This document shows, piece by piece, positions 33,473 to 46,643 of a DNA stretch of 64,000 bases (positions are counted from its first letter, which is position 1; every line of letters starts with the position of its first letter). The DNA lies in the NCBI GenBank assembly GCA_976226885.1, contig OZ320319.1, forward strand, positions 14,880,001 through 14,944,000, read 5' to 3'. A program made the position numbers and the translations under genes. Under the pieces are notes generated by a model that searched no databases, was not told the origin of the DNA, and was given only the letters and a program-made list of their open reading frames with translations. The DNA is from Iphione sp. A-MEVVRFRX5 (taxonomy: Eukaryota).

Positions 33473-33512
33473 GTGCTCTGAAGAAGGCTGTGATCTGCCG
33501 AAACGTTGGGAA
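33473..33512 (+). ncRNA. Degenerate minimal hammerhead-ribozyme motif of the Penelope-like element type
   Basis: CTGAAGA-A-GGCTG-TGAT-CTGCC-GAAA-CGTT: catalytic core boxes, stem II with 4 of 5 pairs and palindromic ACGT stem III. Stem I is poorly paired. Confidence 0.5.
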
Positions 33513-36244
33513 TTTGAATGAAACCAACTAAACACTCAATCTCCGGTGTATTGTTGGTGTGTTTATCACTTTATCGACAATCTTTGAAAGTTATTTGTGA
33601 TGAGCTAGCTTTTCCTCGTAGTTTGTCGGCAGTTTGAAATGTACCCACAGAGCGACTGTAATCAACAAGAAAAATAGCCGCTCATCATGTAATTCATGGT
33701 CGAATCGCCTGAATAAGACTCAGGTGACTTCACACCTTCATGTGATTGCACACCGTGCAGTTTTACACGGTTCATCCATCTGTCAACTGGTTCATTCCAC
33801 AAGAGCAGGACTTTGTCGCTCTCAGCCTCTGCTGCTGTCTGATTTTGTCTATTTACAAGGTCCGCAATACTCCGAGGAAATGAACAAAGAAAAATATCAC
33901 CTTACGAAATGTGTCGCATATTTAAACCATTTTATTCAACACTGAGTAGTTCAGTCAAATGTCTCACACCAATATTTTACATTCTACTGCCCTAAGGATT
34001 CCTTCTCGCTCTTCAAAGACGCTCACCTGTAGTGCCATCTGTTGGTTTGGGTAGGAAGAATCTCTGTCTCTCCCCGCTATGGATACAAGTATACACTCAA
34101 AGCAGGACATACCAATACACCGTTATTTTTAAGCAATTATTGGGTGAATTTTATGAAGGGGAATTCTTAGGGACATTCTATATACCGTTTCGTCTACGAT
34201 TTCCACTCTTTCTAATGGTTATTGAATTGACAGCCCCAAGTTTAACAAAAAGGCGAGTAACTTCTAAAGTGAATCCCATTGATGTCCCAAGCACACGTTC
34301 CCAGTGTTTGAATTATCAATAATTACAATGTGTAGATGAAAACAAATGTCATTTAGATATATGTAATTCATCTTTGAGTCATGGCATCATAATATTGCAG
34401 CATATTCCTAATGGGCTATCTTACTACTAGTAGTCAATTATATGTAATGAAAGAAGTAACACGAACAATTCAAGCTAAGGATACAGACAAAGGAGATCAA
34501 AGCGAAGAGGGATGAAAGGAAGATGACGGATAGGGGGATATGATGCCAGAAACTGTTGAATAAAAACAATAGAATTAAGATAATCTTGTTGTTTAAAGAT
34601 TAATTATTCGATATATCTTCCTCTACTAGCGTGTACCTGGGTGAAAGTGCTGTCGGTGGGGGGGGGGGCAGGGGACCCCAGGATTGATCCTGGGGACTGA
34701 GGAGAATTTAAAGGTGAGGCAGGTATATTCCCACGCTCTATGAAAAGGCAGGGTGATGTCACCTGTCGAAAGATTTAAAACGCCCCACTAAAAATCGTCC
34801 TAATGATTCAAGTGTTTCCTCACCGGTCGTCACTCCACCCTACCAACCTCTGTCACCTTCAACGGCCCCCCAACACACACACTCACACCCACACCCACAC
34901 ACACACACACACACACTCACGCACAGGCCGACTGCTGCGGTGGGACACGTATACCTGAGGCAGGATCAGAACTGGTTATCAATTACGTCAAGAAAAGGAA
35001 GTAAAAGAAAACAAATATCGACGTGCTGGACGTATGAGGCGGAGGTGATGAGAAATTTTAAAAAAACGACGACCATTTTGAAAAGGTCTGACGTCGACAA
35101 TTGAACCATTAGGGGCCGTGGGAGAGTGATACAACCCCGCATTCAATATCCATTCTTGAAGAATTATGACCTAAGAAAAACACGGCAAAAGTGTGATTTA
35201 GATTCATTAACAATCACGTGACGCTACTAAATCCGTTCAAATGACCGTGCTTAGCACTCTTTGACAAAAAGAGAGTCGTACATGCATTCATTTCAGACTC
35301 GAGTTGTGTTTGAAGTACATTGGCAAAGTTCACTCGCGGTCATTAAAGTGTCGTTTCTTTTGATCAATCGAAATTAGACGCCAGCTCATTCAATTACATT
35401 GTTAAGATAAAAGGACATCGGGAAAGGATAAACGGGGAAGCTAATTCCCACGAGAGAAGAAGGGAGGACAATACCCTCCTCAGGAAAGGTAAGAGTGACT
35501 GTGCGAGGAGATATACAGGTTAGAGAAAAAAAACTGAGAGCAACGGGAGGAATAAATTACACGGCCTGCAAGTCAGGTAAGACCATTAGGGGAAGAGACC
35601 GGCAGAAGGAAGGGGGAGCAAAGGGAATATGACGACGTTTGATCTGGATGGACGTTTATGTGGATGGGAGTGTGAGTGTGGAAATTAAAGGGAGAGAGAC
35701 AGCTAAGGAGAGAAGACAGAGGCAGACAGAGATAGAGAGACAGAGATAGAGATAGAGAGAGACAGGCAGAGAATGCAGGTTGGAGAGGAAGAACGACGAG
35801 GAAACACATAAGCAATATAGCAGCAATACTTCTATCTAGGAGTAGGTGTTAGAAGAAAGAAGAGAAGGAAGTGAAGGAAGAGGAGCAGGAGCAGGAGCAG
35901 GAGGAGCAGGATGGAGGCAAGGAGGGCAGACAAGAAGAAGGAGAAAAGAGGAATAAGTTAAAGGACAGGATATCATAACGCTCATTCATTTCTATTCAAT
36001 TACGCCGTCAAATGTTGCCTCCAGGTCCCGCCAGGGGGCACTAGGCGCTGGTCACATGGAAGACGCGTTCAAAATCGCATGTATTCAGGGAGCTAGCGCG
36101 TTTCTCTTGACCATCGGAAAGTGTTTCACATCGTAATCTTTTACACAATATTAACTCGATGTTCGAATCCTCATTTTTAAATGGTCGCAAAAGAAAAAAA
36201 ATGAAAACTATGAAGTATCCTTGGGGAGGACGCGGAGGAGGAGA

Positions 36245-36433
36245 NNNNNNNNNNNNNNNNNNNNNNNNNNNNNNNNNNNNNNNNNNNNNNNNNNNNNNNN
36301 NNNNNNNNNNNNNNNNNNNNNNNNNNNNNNNNNNNNNNNNNNNNNNNNNNNNNNNNNNNNNNNNNNNNNNNNNNNNNNNNNNNNNNNNNNNNNNNNNNNN
36401 NNNNNNNNNNNNNNNNNNNNNNNNNNNNNNNNN
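36245..36433. other. Assembly gap (N run)
   Basis: Run of n characters next to a GA-rich stretch. Confidence 0.98.
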
Positions 36434-37421
36434 CATGTGGCATGGAATGTATTGACGCTAGTCGTCATATACACTGCGCTACACAAGACACACCCACACA
36501 CCCACACACTCTACACAAGGCACTACCCAGGGGGGTCATCTGCCTTGTATGATTAACTTACCTCTGCACACATGCTCCACGCATGCCCGACACAAGTATG
36601 TACCTGGGTGCATAAGATCAGGCCCTCACACACACGCATACACACTAGCAGAGACACCTACCTATACGTACACATTCTACGGGAGGAGGAGGTCCTAGGG
36701 TGATGAGTCAGGCGACTCTTGCACGGCATATCGTTGGTAACCACGTGGTATCCTATGGTATTCCTATGGTAATCATAGGGCACCCCCCTGGTATTCTGCT
36801 GACTATAAGATAGAGACCAAAATAGCCACACGTTCCATTCTAAGGTTGAATAAAAGAAAACAAATCTGCCCCTCGGGGCTTAGTCCCTGCCGTGGCTATA
36901 TTTCCAATACAGCCACGCACTCGTCATGTATCTATCACATGAAAGAAAGAAATCTGAAAGCTTGAATTCGTCTGTACCGCAAGATACCGATACCTTCTTG
37001 CTATCTGGATAGATACTTGCCTGACCACCCTTGGATACCTGGCCGGGTAATACCCCCATGGTGTTTGCCTCTAGAACTGGGTGTGTGAGGGGAGAGAGGG
37101 TCTCTACACGGGTGAGCAACGGACACAGACCCAGATCTCAGGGACTTAGGAGACCAGTGCTCTGAGATATTGTCAGAATATGATGCCACCCTTCCGGTGG
37201 TGAAACATGTATACATGTCTTAGAAGCAACATGTCTCACACTCAAAGTGACAAAGACGAAGAGAACGAACAAGAGAGAGACTACGAGAAGAAAAGGAGGA
37301 CAAGAGGGGAAGAAAATATAACAGTGATACTGATTTGACGTGTTGCAATGGTTGCTCCTAGGGTGCCCTCCTGACCGGCCTCCTTCGTGCCAGGAACTGA
37401 TTTTGGAAACTTCCTGGTTAA

Positions 37422-38069
37422 GGCCAGGTTTCCATGTATGTGTGTAGGTGTGTCTGTGTGTGCATGTTTCTAAACCTGTTTTTTGGGCACAATGGTTAAC
37501 ATGATGAGTGTACCTATGTACACGTGTGTGTGCATGTCTATGTTTGAAAAATGGGAAATGCCCCATTCTTCCATGAAAGATGTGTGTTTGGCACATATAT
37601 TTTGGAAACACTCATGATTACAGGTGTGTAAACATAAAAAAAACATGCATCATGGTGTGTATACAGTGGTAATCAGGTTAACAGAAACACACCCTGATAT
37701 GTATGCATACGTTTTCATATGCACACCCATGCCTACACACATACATGGACATCCAGCCTTAGGCGGTGTACACATGTATCCATTTTTTAAAGAAATGGGT
37801 ACGGACACGTAACCGTAAAAAATCCGGACAGATGCGTCTCCACACCTCTGTACACATATGTCCGTACAAAACGGATACGGACCCATGGACGTTTTCTGAA
37901 ACCGTCGCCGACGGATTTTTCACGGAGACCCGTCCGTTTCCCATTGAGTGCAATGGTAGAAAAACATCTGGTATTGCATGTAGAAGGTCTTAAATAAACA
38001 AAGCAGGAGGTATTTCACGGCTACGGACCTGTGGACGTATTTTATGTACGGATACATGTGTACACGGCC
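37422..38069. mobile_element. Two adjacent PIF/Harbinger-type MITEs sharing a TTA site
   Basis: 37762-38069 has TIRs GGCGGTGTACACATGTATCC and GGATACATGTGTACACGGCC with TTA on both sides. 37422-37758 is an older relative ending at the same TTA (37759-37761). Confidence 0.8.
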
Positions 38070-38798
38070 TTAGTCAAGGAATAGCCTGACAGAGAGGGTG
38101 GGAATTATCAACACTTCAGGCAAAGCAAGCTTCACGTGGTCCAGTCAGCTGCTAACAAACATTAGCCAACTCGATCTGGCACAGAGTGTGAGACTTTTAT
38201 ATATATAAGATATATATATATATGTAGATTCACTGGCATGCTACCAAACCCCCTGTTGAACCTACCCCGGGAGACTTATTCATTACTCCCCTCCCAACCC
38301 CCCCTAGCCTTGCCTTTACATCTTCACCCCTGCCGCCCCCTCATCCCCTTCCCTGCAGCAGTCAAAGGCCGCCCACACCAGCTTGTTTTCCCACACGCGT
38401 CCCCGTCGTGGTTGGCGTGACGTCTCCACCGTCCGTCACGCTTGGCTGAACTCGGGGGTGAAGGGCCGTGAGATGCTGATGCCCTTGTTGCGGAGGCTCG
38501 CTCCCACATTACCCCCCACCCCACCCACCCACCCACCCAACCACCCACCCAGCCATCCACCCGCCCACCCTGGATGACCTCTCATCCACCTGAAAACCTT
38601 TTAGCCCTACCTTCTTCGCCTTTACCCCCAACCCCCCTCCCATCTCCCTACCCGTCAAAGAGTCATCCATCCCGCTAATTGTGTTTTCATATTTTCTTCT
38701 TTTAAAAGTCATATTTTATCTACTCCTAGAATGGACCAGGCAAGGTACCTCGCACTACACCTAAACAAGGTATTTCGTCCTGCATTTTACACAAAGTA

Positions 38799-39572
38799 TC
38801 TAAATGCACTTTTAACAGATACCTAATTTCCACATTGCACCTGATTTGATATCGGAAGGGAGTATGAATATAGGATAACTATACCATCATGTTTACCCGT
38901 TTCGACCAGGGACTGTGTCACAAGCCATTCCATGCACAAAAAAATTCCTTTGTTGATCACTACTTACCCTGAGAACATTTGTATACAACCATGTTATAAT
39001 TACTGGTAATTATACATATGTTCCCACAACTTAAAAATGAGTACGAAGCTAGTCCAGTGCACAACTAGAAAAGATGTGTTCAGAGATGCATGAAAATACT
39101 TTGTGCACTTATTAGAAAGTGTACCAAGGGAGCACAAAGACGGAACAAGTACACGATCTGAAATCTTAAAAGTTCAAATCACTCGTAAATCAATCTTACT
39201 ATACATTACTTACTTAACAATGTATTATTGTGTCCTATATATTTATGTAAATAAAATACCTAAATGCACTTTCAAAAGGCGTCTTTCCACACTGCACCTG
39301 ATTTAATATGGGAAGGGAATATGAATGGGGGGGTACATGTAATTATACCTTTTGTTCATGTTTAGATGTTTTAACCGCGCAGTGACAGTGCCACGAGCCA
39401 TTTCATGCTAAAAACATCCCTCTGTTGATGACTATGTACTCTGTGAATGTTTATAAACAATCATGTTATAATTCCTAATAATTATACATATGTTCACACA
39501 CCTCAAAACGAGTACAAAGCGAGTCCAGTGCAAAAAAATAGACAATGATATGTTCAGAGATGCATTTAAATA
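38799..39572. repeat. Old local duplication of about 300 bp
   Basis: 38799-39100 and 39259-39572 share collinear blocks (CTAAATGCACTTT, TGCACCTGATTT, CATGTTATAATT, AGTCCAGTGCA, GTTCAGAGATGCAT). Confidence 0.75.
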
Positions 39573-40128
39573 CCCAGTGAGTAAAAAAGACGGAATAGGC
39601 CAACAATCTGAGATCTGCACAGGTTCGGATCACTTGGAAATCAATCTTGATTTACTGGGGTCGCTGAGGTGGCGACAGACTTGCCATCTTTAGTATAGAG
39701 AACTCAAGAGATAAGCCATCTCCATTCTCCACTCGTCAGGAGGACAATACCAAGTCGACACGGTCGTATTGTCGACGCCACCTGTCGTCAAAGCTACACA
39801 TTAACAGAGGGCACCTATCAATAGACTCGGAGAGGTTCTTGTCTCTCCGAGTTGTCCCAAACTATTAATATATTGTACCTGAGGTATATGGAAAAATATA
39901 ACGTAAAGAGGTGGACTTAGGAACAACACAGATTTTTCATTCTCTTTTTTCTGCATGTTTCCTCGCGTCCCCTCTCTCTCACACTCCGTCTCTGTGTGTT
40001 TCTCGCACCTTTTCAATCTCTCGCTGTATCTCTCCCCCCCTTACCCGGTTCTCACTCCTCTGTCTCGATCTCTCCCTCTCACTCGTTCAACTATGATTAT
40101 CTCTCTCTGCCTTTTTCTGCGTCTCACG

Positions 40129-40185
<57 letters not shown>

Positions 40186-40427
40186 GTGTCTCCAGCTCTC
40201 GTATCCTCTCTGTATGTGCCTCTCTAGGATTTGGGGTGGCAACCACGTGTTGCGTTGTCTTCTTTTGTGTTGCCTGGTAACGTCTACCCCTTTGTGATCA
40301 CCTTGACAAATTGTAGTGGACCAGTTTTTGTCAGACACTCCGTTTTGCTCTTCTTTTCCCTTTTTCGATCACTTTCTCCTCCTCCTCTTCTTCGTCCTTC
40401 TCTATCTCCTCCCTTTCCCCCTCCTCC

Positions 40428-40467
<40 letters not shown>

Positions 40468-41254
40468 TCCTCCTCCTACTCCTTCTCTCTTATTTCTGTA
40501 AACCCCCTCTGTATAATTTATATCAGAACATATTTAAAAGTCTTCCTGCGAACAATGTAAAGGATTTATATGCCGGACTGGATGGATCAGTGACTCGCAG
40601 GTTCGGACACGGCAGACTGCCTGTGAAACCTGCAGGAATCTGGCGTCATCTCCTTGCGTGCATGCCTTCTTTGTGGTGTAGCCTCTATACCTGTGGCCTG
40701 TTGGATAGCTGTGAGACGGTTGTGATATGCTGGGGTGGTCCCGGTGTCTGGGGAGGGCACTCTCCCTTTATCTCTGATATAATAGGCTTCAGGATTCACA
40801 CGCTCGCACGTTCACATGAGCATATACACGTTCATGTGAGGGGTGCCAACTACAGTTGGCCACATGTATCTGCACCCCGTCCCCCCCCCACAACACACAC
40901 ATACATATACACACACTTATACACACACACACTCAACGCTCTCCTTGAGTACACGGTCCCCTACAGTTGTGCTGGTATAACGGGGTGGGGTGGAGCGGCC
41001 GGCGTGTGGACAAAGGCTTGGCTATATAGAGATGACCGGAGCTCTCCACCACGTTCCACGGCGGCGGTCCGCTTATTTCTGGGATTTGTCTTCACCTGTG
41101 CTGTCATAAAAGTACCTTCCACGGGGCTAAACGTAAAGCTAAAGGGAGTCCTACCCATCCTTTTCTTTTGAAGGGATTATGCTTTTGATCCAATTTCTTC
41201 GTGGCCAGTTATAAATGAACTGGACGTTTCCATTACATCATTAGATAATATGGT

Positions 41255-41567
41255 GGGGAGTTAGCTCAGTGGTACAGCACTGGTGCACTAATTCAGACGT
41301 CACAGCTTTAATCCCAGGCTTGGAACTCTTGATCATGACCAGACAGATTTACTGTAGCCCCAAACCAGAGTAGGCCATTGGTGCATAGGATTTTGTCCTC
41401 TATACACAAAAAGATTGAAAATAAGAGTAGGGAACAACCTCAGATATCGGGTCTCTCAGTTCTCAATAATACATGGTAGTATACTACCCCAGGAAGATAT
41501 GGAAGAGCCCTGTCCTGATGCTCGGTGAATATATTCCTGGTTAAAAATACATTAAAATGAAATGAAA
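41255..41567 (+). mobile_element. tRNA-derived SINE, family A, second copy
   Basis: Collinear with 19195-19550 from GGGGAGTTAGCTCAGTGG to the AAATG tail. The B box is decayed. Confidence 0.85.
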
Positions 41568-44500
41568 CAGATTTGACAGTAGAGGAGCAACTCAACCTGT
41601 GAGCAATTTGACGGGGACCTGACTCAAGGTCACAAGTGGCTCTGGTCTGAGGGGTCTTTTTATACATAAACAATGCGTGCTTATCTTATATAGTGTCATT
41701 TTAAAGATAACAATATTAATTATAATGGTAAATCAAAATGAATGTTGACTACCAGTTCCTCATACCAGCCAAAAAGGCAGACCAACCAGACCCCCTCCCC
41801 CTTATAACCTTCTCACGCCAGTACTTGGGTGGTGAGGCATTACAGACAACTCTATGTAACTGTTTGTTCGCATGCGTGCGTGTTCGTTCGTGCGTGCGTG
41901 GAGGGCGGCGGTGAGGTGCGGCGAGGTCTCTGGCTATGTGTCCAGGGTTCACAGCCTCCGGCGAGGGGGTCCTCCTCTCACCTTGCCCGGGGTCCCACGC
42001 CCCTAAACGGGCGTGACGACGTGTGCGCAACTCCAGGTACCGTTGAAGAATCCAGACGAGAGGAGGCGAGGGGGGCGGGGGGGTGTTGCTGAAGAAGGTT
42101 GGAGAAGGGCCGGAGAAGAAGGGAGGGAGGGGGAGGGGAGGGGAGGGGATAGCGGGGGGGGGAGGACTTCTCTTTCTCTCTCTCTCTGTGCCTCTCTCTG
42201 TCTCTCTTCGCCGATGGCTCCCTGACCTTTTCCTTTCTTCCCACCAAACCCAGTTCTCACTTGCGAGGGTGAAAATAAAGAAGCTATGAACTGTAAACAC
42301 ACCGAAGTCTCGACTAATATGGGCATCCAGCAGGCAATGTAAGGGAAACATGCTGCCTCTGAGCATGGACCACATCACACAGACCAAGGTTCCCCATATC
42401 CCCAGGCCTTTTTGTTTACGATCAATATGTCATAATGTTAAATGGGTGTGTATTTTGATAGGACGTAAATGGTGGAGATAGGGATGGGTTAAATCCTACC
42501 GTAGCCACATCATAAAATGTCAGAATAGGGACACACAATGACACTTAGGCCACATTCCTCCATTAAAATCTCTTTCTTAAACCAAATCACATTCGAAATG
42601 AAGCCGTATTTTGTTTATATTCATGTACAACTTCCCAGCATAATTCAGAATCAACCTCATTGTAGTCAAATGTGAATGAAGAATGGTAAGAGCTGCTGGA
42701 CCTTGTTTTTGTCAGCAACCAAGGTATGTTGTTACTGTGGGTGGTGTGACAAATGGAGCGGACGTAAAGGGCATACAAATGGTAAGGGACACTCCTCTTC
42801 GTTCCTACGTAGGACCCTCTGACAGTGCTGCCCTAAGTGGCCAGTGGTACACACTAATTACCTGACTAGACATTCACGAAGAGATGCAGCCGTATTTGTG
42901 CTCCTTTGTAAGACAATTAATCAAACGTTTTTCCTCCTTTACAAGTATACAAGTATACAATTATTTTAGATTAGGTCTATCAAAAAATATCTGTGTTTCC
43001 GGTAATCCAACCAACCCCAATTATTGACCTGCTGAGACTTAGCCTTGACTAAGGTAACAAACTTATACAATGCATCATATTGTTCATTACATCATTAGTT
43101 TTCATCTGATATTTATAAGCTCCATTATGATCCAAGAGACGGAAGTGTTGACTCCATGATTGTAAAGTATTGTCCAACCTTTTCAAAGGAACATATTTGT
43201 ATGTAATTTTTTGTCCTAACACCTACCTACCAACCAAATTTTTGTTGAACATGTTACAGGTAACACATATATTTTGCAGGCCATATTCTGAGGATGACAA
43301 CTGCATAGACAAACATTTCAATGCTTGTGTTAATATATACATGTATATATGTTTGCATAATAACACACACAGATTATATACTAATATTAATGCGTTTCCA
43401 CACATAATAGAAAATGTGCAAAGAAGTACCAATAGCAGCATAACATAGAGTAGACCTCACTATTGCAGCACTGCATGGGTTCCAAGTGATTATTCCTGCA
43501 GTAGAGAGGTCAATGGAGGGTATTGCGTCGAGGGTGACGGGAGGACAGGAATTGCTGAATATGCTGTAAGGACAGAAGTAGCACATAGATGAGAAGTTGA
43601 AAGGTGAGAGTCTCTCTTCTCTACCTTGATTCATACCTGCAGATACGGACGGACTGATATATTAGATCATTTATAAAGGAAACAGTTGTGTTCCAGGGAA
43701 TTGTGTCTGGAACAGCGAGGGTAGTGGAATACAAAGGTGATGAAATACTTAGGCTTTACTTTATACCAAAATATTGTATTGACTTTCTGGGCAAGGTATA
43801 CAGACAAATATATACGGTTTTCGCTTAAATAATCCAGAGCATGCTCAACTAGATATTTTAGTCACACAGTGTGTAAGTGTATACTACTCTTGCATTTAAA
43901 CTTACTCCTACGTAGACCGACTCCCACTACTTACTCACATGTAATGAGTGACTCCATTTTCTAGGTCATCAGTGCACTAGGAGACCAGACAAGCCCTTAT
44001 TTCATGGTTGGTACCCTAGAGTGTCGCCTCTTATTTTATTCCCCACCCATGCAGTACACTTCTCACAATACCACCCCTTTCTTACTGTGCGTTTCTCTGG
44101 ACTTGCCCTGACCCCCTGACAATACGTATCAGCTAAGGGGCTGTGAAAATTGGGAACTTTCCCCGGTCTGAGAACATGGTGGCATGGCTGTGAAAACATT
44201 TTTGTTGTATTTAAAAATATTTTTTCTCTGTAATCCTGCAAACAGGTCCTTGCAGCCATGTCTCTCTCAAGACATAAATGGTCTAATACTGATTTTGTCG
44301 TGTAACATATGTACAAATCATCATGTTACATGGTACTTGCATAGATTGAGACACTGTTGGTGAAAAACTAGGTGAAAACTAAAGTCGAAAACACGCCAAC
44401 ATGCTCAAGAAAACATGCACATATAGATTTTGGGCCTTATATAACAGTCTATGAGATAACAGTTTGTATGTTTACGCTAATTTATTTCATCCTATATGGT

Positions 44501-45649
44501 ATGGAAAATACGCCCTCCCCCAGATGGACTAATTACGTAATGACAATAACGTTTTAAAACGTCTTAAAATGTTGAAAAGTTATAAAAGCAGTTTTGTTAG
44601 CGTTAGTTAGTTTTGGTTTCTGTTAGGCTTTATGAATGAAAAACACATTTTGTAAAAAGATAAATGGTTTTGGGAAATGTTAAAAACTTATGATAATTAT
44701 TATCACATCGTCATAGCATTATACAAAATTTATCTCCCTTACATAATTTGGGAGGCTTTTGTGAAAGGGTGCTGCGTTTGTTTGGAGTGTAGTGATGTTT
44801 GCAGTAATTAACTGGAGGCTTGGTAGCTGTACCGGTGAATATCCTGGTTGGATTCCTACCTGAGAGATTAGTTCACCTCGAGAATGACACACATGTAATA
44901 GAAGTAGAGGATGGCGGTGGCGGCGGTCAAATACAGTGTGGTCATCCAGGAAACAGTCGCACTTAACTAAAAACGTGAAAAATAAGAGTGCTTTCACAAC
45001 AAATTTCTGGAGATAATTGCATGGGTCGAGAGGGTTTTTGTTCTATAGGAGTGGTGACAGAGATACCAAAGTGACAGCAAAAACTCACAATTACACATGA
45101 AGTCATGTCGCCTTTGTTGATGGTACGACATGGTGGATAATATTTCTGCGTTTTTTCTAAGTGCAATCGGCTCTGTCAGTGTGTGAGAATGTTTAACTGA
45201 TCACGTACACGCATTATTAATACGAATACAGTCACCGTGTACAGTGACGTACATTAGGCCGTGTACACATGCATCCTTAAAAATAAAACGTCTACGGATC
45301 CGTATCCGTTTTGTACGGATACATCTGATCCCTTCAGTCATATTCCCATAGGCTGGATAAAAAACGTCTACGGATCCGTATCCGTTTTCAATTCATACGG
45401 ATGCATGTGTACACCGCCTAATAAGGCGGTGTACACACATGTATCCGTATTTCTTCAAAACGTGTACGGATTCGTAGACGTTTTTTATCAGTCCTATAGG
45501 AATTATACTAACCTGTTCACATGTATCCGCTTCAAAACGTCTACGGATCCGTAGACGTTTTTAGGAACCGTCGCCGACGGATTTTTCACGGATACCCATC
45601 CGTTTTCTCATAGGAAGCAATGGTGGAGAGACATCTGGGATACATATAG

Positions 45650-46643
45650 CCCAACAAACACGAAAACGTTTTTAAAACGTTTTTAAAACGTTTTCCTAAA
45701 TGTCTTGAAAACGTTTTTAAAAAACGTTTTTAAAATGTTAAAGTGAATAGTCTTAATAACGTTTTTAAAATGTTTTCAAAAAACCTTTTTTAGAAAACGT
45801 TTTCAAAACATTTTGGGAAAACGTTTTCAAAACGTTTTGCGAAAACGTTTTCAAAATGTTTCTATATAACATTTAAATTCAAAATTCAAAATGTAAATAA
45901 TCCTTGATTTCTCTTGATATATACTTCCATCCTCCTACAATACTCTTTTCTTGTGTAATTTCACTTTTTATGCAGGTGTGTTTTAGTTTTTCCATGATCT
46001 GAAATGTTGCCTTGATGGGGATTTGAACCCATGTCCTCTGCATCACTGATGGTGTCAGCACTCTTATCCATTTGGCCACTGAGTCTGCCCCTTACTAACT
46101 GTGTAAATATGCTGTCATCACTCCTGACCTCCTTTTGGAGATTCTTAAAACGTTATTAAAACGTTTTAAAAACGTTTTTTTCATAACATTTTATCAAGCT
46201 CTTTTTGAGACCTTTTGAAAATGTTTTAAAAACATTGTAAAAATGTTTTATAATAATGTTTTCTGAAAAACTTTTCAAAACCTTTTCAAAACATTGTGAA
46301 ATGTTGTGAAAATGTTGTAAAAACATTGTAAAAACGTTTTACAATAACATTTTATAAAAACCTTTTCAAAACCTTTTCAAGACATTGTGAAAATGTTGTG
46401 AAAACATTGTAAAAATGTTGTAAAAACATTTTACAATAACATTTTCTTAAAACCTTTTCAAAACATTGTAAAAACGTTGTAAAAACGTTGTAAAAATGTT
46501 TCACAATAACATTTTATAAAAACCTTTTCAAAACCTTTTGAAAACATTTTAAAAACGTTGTAAAAATGTTTTACAATAACATTGTATGATAACCTTTTCA
46601 AAACCTTTTGAAAACGTTGTGAAAACGTTATGTGTTTGCTGGG
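45650..46643. mobile_element. EnSpm/CACTA-like MITE with AAAACGTTTT subterminal repeats
   Basis: TIRs CCCAACAAACAC and GTGTTTGCTGGG (1 mismatch), AG on both flanks (2-bp TSD), dense subterminal AAAACGTT/AAAACATT repeats. Superfamily assignment is tentative. Confidence 0.7.
45875..46085 (-). mobile_element. tRNA-derived SINE, family B, inside the EnSpm-like MITE
   Basis: Minus strand GACTCAG-TGGCCAAATGG (A box) ... GGTTCAAATCC (B box), unrelated body, (TTTTGAA)n tail. Confidence 0.65.

Noticed and set aside
36041-36556. ORFs spanning the N run
   Set aside because: Artefacts of the assembly gap.
39801-40560. ORFs with ERERER/SLSLSL runs (also 3777-4166, 9433-9621, 35573-35815)
   Set aside because: Translations of AG/CT microsatellites.
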